From: an uncultured Dialister sp.
Lineage (GTDB): Bacteria; Bacillota; Negativicutes; Veillonellales; Dialisteraceae
Assembly (NCBI GenBank): GCA_938038225.1
Contig: CALHRX010000005.1
Location: 5,509 to 69,508, forward strand
Length of the DNA stretch: 64,000 bases
Direction of reading: 5' to 3'
Each line of letters begins with the position of its first letter. The first letter of the stretch is position 1. The translations under genes and the position numbers were made by a program. Of this stretch, positions 19,785 through 29,501 are shown in pieces. A model generated the notes under the pieces. That model worked only from the letters and a program-made list of their open reading frames with translations, had not been told where the DNA came from and did not search any database.

Positions 19785-20573
19785 TTAATCCTTAATGGCG
19801 GGAAGATTTCTCCCGTTAAAGATTTCATACATTTCCTGCTTCAGCAGACGGCGGATCTGCCGTACTTCTTTCGGATTCAAATCCGCTTCGGTCATATCAA
19901 ACAAATAGTTATCCAACCGAAAATCATGAAGCAGCATCTTCGTGTGGAAGATATTTTCCTGATAAACATTGACATCCACCATGTCATACTTATGGCGAAG
20001 TTCAGGACTCATATAATTCTGAATGGAATTAATGCGGTGGTCAATAAAAAGCTTTTTCCCGTTCACATCCCGAGTAAAGCCCCGGACACGGTAGTCGGTA
20101 ATCACAATATCTGCTTCGAAAGAATTCAACAAATAGTTCAGCGCTTTCAACGGAGAAATCTTTCCGCAGGTGGAAACATCAATATCGGCACGGAAAGTGC
20201 AGATGCCGTCCTGGGGATGCATTTCCGGATAAGTATGAACCGTAATATGGCTCTTATCCAGATGAGCAACCACATCCTGCTTCTCTACTTCCTCTTCCGC
20301 AATCAGCATCGTCACACTGGCTCCCTGAGGATCATAATCCTGCTGCGCAATATTCAGGATATTGGCACCGATTGTCTCCGCTACATCTTTCAGTATTTGG
20401 GTCAGCCTTTCCGCACTGTACCGATCATCGATATAAGCGATGTATTTTTCTCTCTCCTGTTTCGTACTGGCATAACAAATGTCGTACATATTAAAGCTAA
20501 GCGTTTTGGTCAAGTTGTTGAATCCAAACAGCTTGAGTTTACCTCGTTTCATAAAGTAAACGGCCACCTCCAT
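19785..20573 (-). CDS. speD: S-adenosylmethionine decarboxylase proenzyme (class I, E. coli SpeD-like)
   Basis: [24 protein letters not shown]...IAYIDDRY...[26 protein letters not shown] aligns closely with E. coli SpeD. Confidence 0.9.
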   Translation of the reverse strand: MEVAVYFMKRGKLKLFGFNNLTKTLSFNMYDICYASTKQEREKYIAYIDDRYSAERLTQILKDVAETIGANILNIAQQDYDPQGASVTMLIAEEEVEKQDVVAHLDKSHITVHTYPEMHPQDGICTFRADIDVSTCGKISPLKALNYLLNSFEADIVITDYRVRGFTRDVNGKKLFIDHRINSIQNYMSPELRHKYDMVDVNVYQENIFHTKMLLHDFRLDNYLFDMTEADLNPKEVRQIRRLLKQEMYEIFNGRNLPAIKD

Positions 20574-20656
20574 TCGTATCTATCATCGGAATGGAACATC
20601 CCAATTATAGCACAACTCTTTATAAATGTGTACAAATTTTATATAAGCATACTCTT

Positions 20657-21262
20657 TTATTTTCCTTGATCCTTTCCTTCTTCTTTCAGCTGCCGGATCA
20701 GATCTTCCAGCGCCCTTCCCCGATGAGAAATCTTATTCTTCTCATCCAGAGGCAGCTCCGCCATGGTCTTTCCGTATTGCGGCAGATAAAATAAAGGATC
20801 ATAACCGAATCCGCCGGTTCCCTGGTAGAAATCACGAATGATTCCTTCGCATTTCCCTTCTCCGGTCATGCTTCTTCCGTCCGGCCATACCAGAGCCACC
20901 ACGCAGGCATAGTATCCTTTCCGATCTTCTCCGTGGAAGGGAGCCAGATCGGCAATCAGCTTTTGATTATTGGCTTCATCATCCCCATGCTTTCCTGCAT
21001 ATCGGGCCGAATATACGCCGGGTCTGCCGTCCAGTGCGTACGCGGCAATTCCCGAATCATCGGAAAGAACGGGAAGTCCGGTTGCTTTGGCATAGTAAAA
21101 TGCCTTCTGCAGTGCATTTTCCTTAAATGTCTCTCCGGTTTCCTCCGGATCCGGCACATCGGAAATATCCGACACCGGCACCGCTTCCCAGCCGATTTTC
21201 CGGAAGGCTTCCTGAAATTCTCTGATTTTTCCTTTATTATGTGTAGCCAATACAAGTTTCAT
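20657..21262 (-). CDS. rdgB: Non-canonical purine NTP pyrophosphatase (dITP/XTP pyrophosphatase, RdgB/HAM1 family)
   Basis: 201 aa. Motifs LATHNKGKIREF and FKENALQKA...LSDDSGI...GRPGVYSARYAG. Confidence 0.9.
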   Translation of the reverse strand: MKLVLATHNKGKIREFQEAFRKIGWEAVPVSDISDVPDPEETGETFKENALQKAFYYAKATGLPVLSDDSGIAAYALDGRPGVYSARYAGKHGDDEANNQKLIADLAPFHGEDRKGYYACVVALVWPDGRSMTGEGKCEGIIRDFYQGTGGFGYDPLFYLPQYGKTMAELPLDEKNKISHRGRALEDLIRQLKEEGKDQGK

Positions 21263-21281
21263 CGTTTTCGGCCCCCTTTCA

Positions 21282-22766
21282 TCAATGCCCCATCATCAGT
21301 GCGACAGACTCCTTCTTTGCCTGTCTCCAATTTGCTTCCGCAGCAGCCAGCTGTTCCGTTACCTCCCGGCAAACAGCCGTTGCTTTTTCTATTGTTTCCC
21401 GTTCCGCCTTCGGCACAGGAATGCGAAGAATGCGGGAGTGCGTGAAATGATAGGTATCCCCGCTCTTCATGGCATCCAGGAATAAATGTCCCACCGGACC
21501 GTCCAGAAACAGCTTCAGATACTCCGCCGTATATTGTTCTTTCGGACGGAAAAGGAATATCCCTTTCCCTGCCCGGATCGGTTCATCCTCCGTGATAACG
21601 GAAATCATCACCTTTCCCCGAGAAGCTGCAATTGCCAGGTCACCTTTGCAGGTCCAAATCCCCTTTTCTCCTTTTTCCGGACGGCGGGAAATCAGCAAAT
21701 CCCTTCTCAAGCCGGATTCCTGTACTGCTTCTGCCGGCAGAAAGCTCCGAATCCCTGCAGGCAGTTCCTCTTCCTGTACCGCCTCACATACACATCCCAA
21801 GGAAAAATCCATATCCAGTATATTCCCGCAAAGGATAGCCTGAACGGCAGGAATACTGTTATACAGATAAATATCGTAATTCCAATCATCTGCACGAAGG
21901 AAGTCCGCCGTGCTCATTTTCATCTGGGGATAGCCTTTAAAACATCCCTCGCTAAAATCCGCCTCGCCGAAAAGGATTTCCTGCATCTCCTCCTTTTCAA
22001 ATCGAAGGAATGCATATTCTTCTCCGTCAATTTCCGCATCATAGTACTGCGCCAGCCGTCCGGACTTTGCGAGAGTCTGCCTGGCCGCAGCTGATTCCTC
22101 CGTGCTGTCCTTCAGGAAAGAATACGGCATCACGATATCCATCGTCCCTTTTTCGGCCAGGAGATGGCTCAGCTTTTCCGCATGCGCCGGAGACTCTTCT
22201 TCCAGATTGAAAATATAATCATATCTCTCTGCATCCCCTGTCAGCTCTGATTCAGGCATAATTCTGCCCCGGGGAAACAGACGCTGCACATCCGGCTTGC
22301 GGGATGCATCCTCCAGTGCCGCAGCAATCCGCTTTCCGCCCAGTTCCCCGAAAATCAATGCCAGTTCATTCAGATATCGGTCTGCTCCGGTGAAAAGAAC
22401 AGTCTTTCCCGCCTGCTTTGCCTTTTGGACTGCTTCCTGCAGAATTTCCTTCAGGTGACCGGGTGTTTTCGGTACATTCCCTGCAAAGACCATTGGATCT
22501 ACCCGAAGAGCCAGCGTATAGACCCGTGCATAAGTGTCTGCATCGCCCTCATACATTCCCAGCTCGTCTGCGGTCTTCTTCATACTTTCATACAGGTCTT
22601 CGATTGATACACCGAACTCCTGGTTGGACGGGTTCTGAAAAAGGACATAATCCAGATAACGGGCCCGCATGACCTCTTTGAAAATCCTGTCTTTCGGAAC
22701 ACCGTATCTTCCAAAGGTTTCCGTCGCATCTATGATATCCTGGGGTGTCATGATAACCTGTGTCAT
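21282..22766 (-). CDS. Hypothetical protein with C-terminal type I restriction S-subunit-like target recognition domain (single TRD); N-terminal ~330 aa unassigned
   Basis: 494 aa. The C-terminal 120 aa (…GKVMISVITEDEPIRAGKGIFLFRPKEQY…IPVPKAERETIEKATAV…) resemble an HsdS TRD plus conserved helical tail. The N-terminus has no recognisable MTase or nuclease motif. No hsdM or hsdR is adjacent. Confidence 0.5.
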   Translation of the reverse strand: MTQVIMTPQDIIDATETFGRYGVPKDRIFKEVMRARYLDYVLFQNPSNQEFGVSIEDLYESMKKTADELGMYEGDADTYARVYTLALRVDPMVFAGNVPKTPGHLKEILQEAVQKAKQAGKTVLFTGADRYLNELALIFGELGGKRIAAALEDASRKPDVQRLFPRGRIMPESELTGDAERYDYIFNLEEESPAHAEKLSHLLAEKGTMDIVMPYSFLKDSTEESAAARQTLAKSGRLAQYYDAEIDGEEYAFLRFEKEEMQEILFGEADFSEGCFKGYPQMKMSTADFLRADDWNYDIYLYNSIPAVQAILCGNILDMDFSLGCVCEAVQEEELPAGIRSFLPAEAVQESGLRRDLLISRRPEKGEKGIWTCKGDLAIAASRGKVMISVITEDEPIRAGKGIFLFRPKEQYTAEYLKLFLDGPVGHLFLDAMKSGDTYHFTHSRILRIPVPKAERETIEKATAVCREVTEQLAAAEANWRQAKKESVALMMGH

Positions 22767-22956
22767 AGTAACCTCCTCATTGCCTCATATTTTTATATTA
22801 TACCGCACACTCCTGCAGAGGGTCTACCTGCAGAGCACAGCGGATACAGCCCCATTTCTTCATCATAGGAACGATACCGCACGGACAGGCAGCAGAACCA
22901 TCTTTTCATCAAAAAAGTCCCATGGGAAAATCCCACAGGACTTTTGACAAAGCCGA

Positions 22957-23349
22957 TTAACGCTTGGAGAACTGGCTTGCCTTTCTTGCTTTCTTGAGAC
23001 CGTATTTCTTACGTTCTTTCATTCTCGGATCACGGGTCAGAAGACCTGCACCCTTGAGAACTTTTCTGTAGTCTGCATCGACTTCCAGAAGAGCACGGGA
23101 GATGCCGTGACGGATTGCACCGGCCTGGCCTGTACGTCCGCCGCCCTTAACATTAGCAATTACATCGTAAGCAGTGGTGGTGCCTGTCAGTTCAAGCGGC
23201 TGCTTAATAATCAGTTCAAGGGTTGCGAGATCGAAGTAATCCTTCAGATCACGGCCGTTGATTGTAATAGTTCCCTGTCCCGGTACCAGACGGACTCTGG
23301 CAACGGATGTTTTTCTGCGGCCTGTGCCGTAGTATGTAGCTTCTGCCAT
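22957..23349 (-). CDS. rpsI: 30S ribosomal protein S9
   Basis: 130 aa, ending in the characteristic ...[16 protein letters not shown]. Confidence 0.97.
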   Translation of the reverse strand: MAEATYYGTGRRKTSVARVRLVPGQGTITINGRDLKDYFDLATLELIIKQPLELTGTTTAYDVIANVKGGGRTGQAGAIRHGISRALLEVDADYRKVLKGAGLLTRDPRMKERKKYGLKKARKASQFSKR

Positions 23350-23373
23350 TTCTTATTTCCTTCCCTTCCGGTA

Positions 23374-23814
23374 TTAACGGATATCAAACTTTAATTCTTC
23401 AGGTTTCTGTGCTGCATGCGGATGTTCGCTGCCTGCATAAACATGAAGCTTACGATACATCTGATCACCGATCTTATTCTTCGGCAGCATACCGCGGATT
23501 GCATGTTCAACAACCCATACCGGCTTTTCACGAAGAGCATCTCCGGCTTTCTGGTATCTGTCGCCGCCGATGTATCCGGTGTAATGGAAGTAAACTTTCT
23601 TTAATTCTTTCTTACCTGTCAGAACGACTTTGTCTGCATTGATAACGATGACATTGTCACCGGTGTCAAAATGCGGTGTATAGGTAGGTTTATTTTTGCC
23701 TGTCAGAACCTTTGCAACACTGGCAGCCAAACGGCCCAATGTCAGTCCTTCAGCATCAACGATATACCATTTACGGGTTGTGTTGCCCGCATTGGCCATA
23801 AATGTGGTTTTCAT
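23374..23814 (-). CDS. rplM: 50S ribosomal protein L13 (start trimmed to MKTTFMANAG)
   Basis: L13 signature WYIVDAEGLTLGRLAS.VA..L.GK. The ORF-track start is upstream, but a homolog-length product begins at 23814. Confidence 0.93.
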   Translation of the reverse strand: MKTTFMANAGNTTRKWYIVDAEGLTLGRLAASVAKVLTGKNKPTYTPHFDTGDNVIVINADKVVLTGKKELKKVYFHYTGYIGGDRYQKAGDALREKPVWVVEHAIRGMLPKNKIGDQMYRKLHVYAGSEHPHAAQKPEELKFDIR

Positions 23815-24395
23815 GGGTAATGATTCCTCCTGAATATAAAACGAACCGCAAGACAACGTCCTTCCTCCGGGGCTAGTGGTTTCCGGACAAATCTCACAAG
23901 GAGTATTATACCGTTTTAAATAAGACATGTCAAGAAAAAAGGGAGGAAAATGCAGAATATCAGCCAATTCCGGAACGTCTTTGCGAGGAAAATTTTTCTT
24001 TCCTTTGCAGAAAGCCTTTTTTACATTCTGTCTGAAAATTTTTTCTTTCCGTTCCCGGTTTCGCCCCCTTTCTCTGCAGTTTCTCTATTTAATACATTTT
24101 TATATGTTACAGTCAGGAAAAAATCTCTGCTTTTCTCTGTCAGAGCAGAAATATTCATACCAAAAAGTAATTCATTTTTGCCATTGACGAATCCTTGATC
24201 CCGGAGTATTCTTATTATAACTTGATTGCAACAGTTTATGATAATTAGTCATTAATCATGAGCTGTTGAGATGAGTTGTATGGATTCTCATCTCAAAATA
24301 TCATAATGCCCGATTTGGCGGTCTGCCGGAATCCCTTCGGATATCTGCAGATCCGCTGCCGGACAAAGTTCATTATTTCTAAGGAGGACTTTCTT

Positions 24396-25874
24396 TTGAA
24401 CACATTTCTTTTTGCCCTGGCTGCTTTGATAGCAGGCTACATCATTTACGGGAAAATCGTAGACCGCCTATTTGCTCCTACCGACAGACCCACGCCGGCA
24501 TTGATTCACAATGACGGCGTCGATTATATTCCTCTTCCGACCTGGAAAGTTTTTCTGATTCAGCTTCTGAATATTGCCGGCCTGGGTCCGATTTTCGGTG
24601 CACTGGGCGGCGCTCTCTGGGGACCCTCTGTTTACCTCTGGATCGTATTCGGTACTATTTTTGCCGGCGGTGTCCATGATTATCTTTCCGGCATGATTTC
24701 TCTCCGGGAAGACGGCCGCAGTATTTCCGAAATCGTCGGCCACCACATGGGACATTCCATGCTGAATATCATGCGTGTCTTCTCCGTCATTCTTCTGGTC
24801 CTTGTAGGAACTGTTTTCATGACCGGACCTGCCATGCTCCTGGCTAAGCTGACCGGCTGGGCAGTCCTCCCCTGGCTCCTGATCGTCCTTTTCTATTATT
24901 TCCTGGCTACTATGCTGCCGATTGATAAAATTATTGCCCGTTTTTATCCTCTCTTCGGCATTTGTCTGATTATTATGGCTCTTGGTATTGCCGGCGGCAT
25001 GCTTTTCGGCGTCGGCGGTCATGTCATGCCGGAAATGGTTCTGGAAAATCTTTACCCGGCAGCAGAACAGCTTCCGATCTGGCCGCTCATGTTCATCACT
25101 GTAGCCTGCGGTGCCATTTCCGGATTCCATTCCACCCAGTCCCCCCTGATGGCACGCTGCCTGAAGGATGAACGGCTGGGACGTCCCGTATTCTACGGCG
25201 CTATGGTTGCAGAAGGTGTCATCTGTCTCATCTGGGCAGCTGCCGGCGTAACCTTCTTTGACGGAACCGGCGGATTGATGGCTGCCCTGAAAACCGGCGG
25301 CCCCGGCGGTGCAGTATATGATATCTGTGTCGGCTACATGGGTACAGGCATCGGCGCAGTCCTTGCCATGCTCGGCGTTATTGCCTGCCCGATTACATCC
25401 GGCGATACTGCCTTCCGTGCAGCTCGTCTGACACTGGCTGACTGGTTCCACTTTGATCAGTCTCAACTGGCTAAACGCCTTTTCTTCGCCATTCCTCTTC
25501 TGGGCATCGGCGGTATCCTTTCCCAGATCGATTTCAACATTATCTGGAGATACTTCTCCTGGACCAATCAGACCCTGGCTATGATTGTTTTATGGACCGG
25601 CGCTGTATACCTTTACAGAAACTGCACCAATGCAAAAGCATGGCTTGTTGCCTGCATTCCGGCCACATTCATGTCCGTTGTTACTTTCACTTACATTCTC
25701 CAGGCTAAGGAAGGTCTTCAGCTGGATCCTTCCATTACCTATCCTGCAGGAATCATCTTCGGTGCTGCCTGCCTCGCTCTTTTCCTGAAAGCAACTGTTT
25801 TCGGGAACCGTCCGAGAGTATGTGATGCGAAGAAGGAAGAAAAAGCTTCCCTGTCGGCAGATTCTGTACAATAA
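24396..25874 (+). CDS. cstA: Carbon starvation protein CstA family transporter (peptide/pyruvate uptake); probable TTG start
   Basis: CstA N-terminal region LFAPTDRPTPA...DGVDY.PLP.WKVFLIQLLNIAG.GPIFGALGGALWGP. RBS AAGGAGG, then TTG at 24396 in frame. Confidence 0.8.
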   Translation: MNTFLFALAALIAGYIIYGKIVDRLFAPTDRPTPALIHNDGVDYIPLPTWKVFLIQLLNIAGLGPIFGALGGALWGPSVYLWIVFGTIFAGGVHDYLSGMISLREDGRSISEIVGHHMGHSMLNIMRVFSVILLVLVGTVFMTGPAMLLAKLTGWAVLPWLLIVLFYYFLATMLPIDKIIARFYPLFGICLIIMALGIAGGMLFGVGGHVMPEMVLENLYPAAEQLPIWPLMFITVACGAISGFHSTQSPLMARCLKDERLGRPVFYGAMVAEGVICLIWAAAGVTFFDGTGGLMAALKTGGPGGAVYDICVGYMGTGIGAVLAMLGVIACPITSGDTAFRAARLTLADWFHFDQSQLAKRLFFAIPLLGIGGILSQIDFNIIWRYFSWTNQTLAMIVLWTGAVYLYRNCTNAKAWLVACIPATFMSVVTFTYILQAKEGLQLDPSITYPAGIIFGAACLALFLKATVFGNRPRVCDAKKEEKASLSADSVQ

Positions 25875-25881
25875 GAAAAAG

Positions 25882-25925
25882 GAAAAAGAGTGCGGAAGAA
25901 ATAAAATCTTCTGCACTCTTTTTTG
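25882..25925. terminator. Bidirectional terminator between the convergent cstA and membrane-protein genes
   Basis: Inverted repeat AGAGTGCGGAAGA...TCTTCTGCACTCT flanked by A- and T-runs. Confidence 0.6.
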
Positions 25926-25964
25926 CTGTCAGCCAGATGTAACTTCCCGCATTTTCTTCATGAA

Positions 25965-27611
25965 TCAATTTCCGCTGTCATTCCCGTCCGGTTCCCCGCC
26001 TTTTTCCCTTTTATAAAGGAGCCAAAGGAAAAGAACAGGCAATCCGAGTACATAGGAAAAAGAATATCGATAAACACTGCCGGCGGGAGTCGATAGAGAA
26101 AGGATAACCGTGTTCATGAGGAGAGGAAGAGCTGCCAGAACGGCTTCCCTTTTCTTTTCATAGTAAAAAAGAATACAAAAGAAAATCGTCACCCAAAGCA
26201 GGAGCCCGCTTCCCAGGAACCGGGCCCCGTCATACTGCAGAGAACCCAATACGGCCCTGCATTTTCTCGGCATAGGGAAATCACCTGCCATGAAGCGATC
26301 ATTGTCCGCAGGCTTCATATTTCTTGTATTCTCATCAGAAAGCGCCCATCCGAAGCGGGACTGCACACCGCTGTCCACGGGATCCAGATTCCACAGCTGA
26401 AAAGTTTCCGTCATCCATCCCTCCAGATAAATTCCCGGATTTTTCAGGCCGGTTCTTACCCATGCGGCCAGAAATTTCTCCTTTTCCCCGTTCATACGGT
26501 CATGCTGAAAATCCCGGTCCCATTTGACCCAGTCTACTGTATAGGGATGATACTGTTTGCGCCAGGTCTCCTCCGGAAGAAGGCTGTCCATCAGCGCAGC
26601 CGTCTTTTCATCTCTCTCTCCGTTCTTGACCAGCACACGTCCCAGCTGCTGCAGAGGAATTCCCATGGACTCCTGAAAAAGCGGTTCCCATCCATGCTGG
26701 TGTAAAATCATACGGCCGGGGACAACAGAAATGACCGCGCAAAGAAGAAAAACCGTCCACTGTATCCGGTATTTTCGAATCGCTGCCGTGAATGCCGTCA
26801 TAAGGAAAAAGGCCAGGAGCAATCCGTTGCTACGCAGCAGCATCAGCCCCAGACAGGCTGCAGCCAGGAACAATGTATGTCTGGCCGTCCAGACCTTTTC
26901 TCCTGTCCGGGAAAGGAACAGAAACATCCACGCCAGGACCGTCAGGGAGAAGATCCCTTCCCGTACAGCCGCAGCGGCATAATTTCCAATCATGGGAACA
27001 AAGGTAAAATATCCCCACAGAAACACGGCGGGCCCTTTGCCGAATTTTTCTCTCACCCATCCGCAAAGCTTTGCCAGAGAAAAAGCAATCACCAGAATCT
27101 GAAGCAAAGACAGAAGAAAGATAACCGGCTCCCGGCTTCCCCACACGGCTTTCCCCCATTCCGCGCCGTATCCGTACAGCAGGGAATATGCCCAGGGAAA
27201 CTGAATCACCGCATAAAGAGGATTATCCATCATATATACTGTATCATTCATGCCCGGTGCCGGATAAAAAGCAAGAAGAAAAAGAAGCCACCACAAAAAG
27301 GTAAACAGAAAAGCGGGAAAAGCATATCCCCGCTTCTTTCCAGGCATCCGCTCCCGCTGATGCTCCTGCAAAAACCTTCCCGCCCAAAGGAAAACCGCGG
27401 CAGATACCACATAGCACAGGATAATCATGGGGATATCACTCCAGGCAAAAAGACTTTCCCCGGGAACGGTCATTTTCCCCTGCTCATCGAGCAGACTCCA
27501 GTGCATGGTATACCACAGGGCTGCAGAAAAGGGAATGCAGAAAAAAAGAATTCCCTTCTGTGCAGGACTTTTTAAACACTCAGGAATCATACCCCGCCTC
27601 AATCCTTCCAA
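25965..27611 (-). CDS. Large polytopic membrane protein, paralog A (possible GT-C/YfhO-like glycosyltransferase-fold protein; function unknown)
   Basis: 548 aa with at least 10 predicted TM segments. A conserved YPAPGMNDT motif follows TM2. The central loop ESMGIPLQQLGRVL is shared with the upstream paralog. Confidence 0.6.
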   Translation of the reverse strand: MEGLRRGMIPECLKSPAQKGILFFCIPFSAALWYTMHWSLLDEQGKMTVPGESLFAWSDIPMIILCYVVSAAVFLWAGRFLQEHQRERMPGKKRGYAFPAFLFTFLWWLLFLLAFYPAPGMNDTVYMMDNPLYAVIQFPWAYSLLYGYGAEWGKAVWGSREPVIFLLSLLQILVIAFSLAKLCGWVREKFGKGPAVFLWGYFTFVPMIGNYAAAAVREGIFSLTVLAWMFLFLSRTGEKVWTARHTLFLAAACLGLMLLRSNGLLLAFFLMTAFTAAIRKYRIQWTVFLLCAVISVVPGRMILHQHGWEPLFQESMGIPLQQLGRVLVKNGERDEKTAALMDSLLPEETWRKQYHPYTVDWVKWDRDFQHDRMNGEKEKFLAAWVRTGLKNPGIYLEGWMTETFQLWNLDPVDSGVQSRFGWALSDENTRNMKPADNDRFMAGDFPMPRKCRAVLGSLQYDGARFLGSGLLLWVTIFFCILFYYEKKREAVLAALPLLMNTVILSLSTPAGSVYRYSFSYVLGLPVLFLWLLYKREKGGEPDGNDSGN

Positions 27612-29332
27612 TGGGTATATCCATCTCCTTTTCTCTTCTCCTCTGTTTCCTGCATTTGCCGATATACATCGCCTGCCGGAAAAACAATCGTCTCACTCCA
27701 ATGCGTTTCTCCGTATTTCCCCTGCGGCAGAAAAGGCAAAAGGAAGAAAAAGGGAAGACAAAGCGGAAAATAATAAACATAGCGGAACACAAAAGCAGCC
27801 GGTGCCGCCAGTATAAGCGTCCCCCACAAAAGACATGCGGGAAGCAGCACCGTAAAACGGGCATATTGCTTCCGATAAATCAGGATCAGTCCCACAATAA
27901 GCGTCAGTGCCATGCAGGTACCGGCTCCCAGGTAGCGGGAATGATTCCAAAGATAGGTCCCCAGCTTTTCCTGTATTTCCGGTTTAAAGAAAGTCTTAAT
28001 CTGCGCCGTCGCATAACCGTTATTGTGAATCGGAGAAAGGCCGTCTTTCAGGTCTGATTCCCGGAATGCCCATCCGAACCGGGACTGCGTCATTTCATCC
28101 GGTGCCGGAAACGCCCAGTACCCGTAAGTCTCCAGCAGCCACGCCTCTATATAAATCTGTTTATTTCTCATGCCTACAGATTTCCAGGCTTTCCAGAACT
28201 CATCCGGGTGATGGTTAAAATAATAAAAATCAAAATTACTGTTCCATTTGATCAGGTCCGCTGTAAAAGGATCATACCACTGTTCAATGCTGGAGGGCAG
28301 CATCATACGCACCGTATAGTCCTGTTCTTCCTTTGTCAGGGGTACACCGACGGCTACCGCACGGGAATACTGCTGAATGGGAATCCCCACTCTTTCCTGA
28401 AAAAGCTGCGGAAGATCCAGAATTTGCTTTACCGCAATATTCGGCGCAGCTGCAATCAGAATCATAAACAGGCTTGTCAGAATCATCTTCTTTCGGATCT
28501 GTTTCATCATGAACAGAAAACAAATCAGCATCACCAGAAAAACGAAGATTCCGTTATTCCGGAGCATCATCATGCCCAGGCCGGCCAGTACAAAAAGCCT
28601 TTTATTTTCTTCCCAGGCATTCTCCCGATATCCCGAAACAAAAGAAGTCATCAGGGGAACCCACAAAAGAATCGCTGCGGAAAACAGAACATCCTTCACA
28701 TTGGAGAAAGACATGTTCACGATCATGGGCGTAAAGGCATAATACAGTGCAAGAAAGCCGACCAGTTTTTTCTTGCCGGTTCTTCGATAGAGCCAGGAAA
28801 GTGTATAAGCAATTGCCATTGCCAAAAAGAGCATCTGGATCAGAGATGCTGCAGCCAGTCCGTAGGAAGCTGTCTGAAAAAGCTCAATGGATGCCTGCGT
28901 CAGTCCGTAAATGAACATGCAGTATATAAAAGTATGCTGGCCTGTTGCCCAGATTCCTGCCCGCATAATATCGGTCGTATCATTCATCCCCGTTCCCGGA
29001 TAGAACACCAGAAAAAACGGGAACCATGCCAGCATGAAAAATGCCGTCAGCCAGGCAAAGGGGGCATCCGTCGGCTTTCCCGGAATTTCATTTTCCTCCA
29101 TGGCCGGAATTCTTCCGATTCGCGGAACGGCAAAAGACAGCACCGCATACGTCACAGCCGCCAGTCCCAGGATAAAGGGAATATCCGCCAAATGCAGAAG
29201 CTGTGCCCGATTCCAGGGAACAGACGGCGGATGCCATCCGATTTTATACGTATAAAATTCGCAAAATCCCAGAAAAAGAGCCAGCAAAGCACACAGGCTT
29301 CCGTAGAGCCGCCGTTCTGTAAAAAATTTCAT
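27599..29332 (-). CDS. Large polytopic membrane protein, paralog B (same family as 25965-27611)
   Basis: 577 aa. Carries YPGTGMNDT and ERVGIPIQQYSRAV motifs and has the same overall architecture. Its 3' end overlaps paralog A by 13 nt. Confidence 0.6.
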   Translation of the reverse strand: MKFFTERRLYGSLCALLALFLGFCEFYTYKIGWHPPSVPWNRAQLLHLADIPFILGLAAVTYAVLSFAVPRIGRIPAMEENEIPGKPTDAPFAWLTAFFMLAWFPFFLVFYPGTGMNDTTDIMRAGIWATGQHTFIYCMFIYGLTQASIELFQTASYGLAAASLIQMLFLAMAIAYTLSWLYRRTGKKKLVGFLALYYAFTPMIVNMSFSNVKDVLFSAAILLWVPLMTSFVSGYRENAWEENKRLFVLAGLGMMMLRNNGIFVFLVMLICFLFMMKQIRKKMILTSLFMILIAAAPNIAVKQILDLPQLFQERVGIPIQQYSRAVAVGVPLTKEEQDYTVRMMLPSSIEQWYDPFTADLIKWNSNFDFYYFNHHPDEFWKAWKSVGMRNKQIYIEAWLLETYGYWAFPAPDEMTQSRFGWAFRESDLKDGLSPIHNNGYATAQIKTFFKPEIQEKLGTYLWNHSRYLGAGTCMALTLIVGLILIYRKQYARFTVLLPACLLWGTLILAAPAAFVFRYVYYFPLCLPFFFLLPFLPQGKYGETHWSETIVFPAGDVYRQMQETEEKRKGDGYTHWKD

Positions 29333-29456
29333 GAGACACTCCTTTGATTGATGGCCCTATTATACCTTTTTTCCGAAGAACATGCTAAAGCTCCATCAAT
29401 ATTGCAAATTCCCGTTTTCCGGCCGTGTACTGAAAATTTCCATCCGGATTTTCACA

Positions 29457-29490
29457 AAATAAAAAAGCAGAAACTTTCGTTTCTGCTTTC
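29457..29490 (-). terminator. Intrinsic terminator downstream of the symporter gene
   Basis: AAAAGCAGAAACGAAAGTTTCTGCTTTTTT hairpin with T-run on the minus strand. Confidence 0.6.
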
Positions 29491-29501
29491 CATTTATCTT
29501 A

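Noticed and set aside
18677-19795. 372-aa ORF on the + strand
   Set aside because: Antisense shadow of the malic enzyme gene.
23815-23967. Possible ribosomal L13 leader RNA upstream of rplM
   Set aside because: Plausible by position, but I could not recognise the conserved L13-leader structure by eye. Not reported as a feature.
24240-24330. Imperfect palindrome TGATAATTAGTCATTAATCA and a GAGATGAG...CTCATCTC hairpin upstream of cstA as a regulator operator
   Set aside because: Half-sites are only loosely symmetric. They could equally be promoter -10/-35 AT-rich sequence. Insufficient support.
24468-25466. 332-aa ORF on the - strand
   Set aside because: Antisense to cstA. Gly/Ser/Cys-rich, non-proteinlike.
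28208-29347. 379-aa ORF on the + strand
   Set aside because: Antisense to membrane-protein paralog B. His/Gln/Cys-rich low-complexity.
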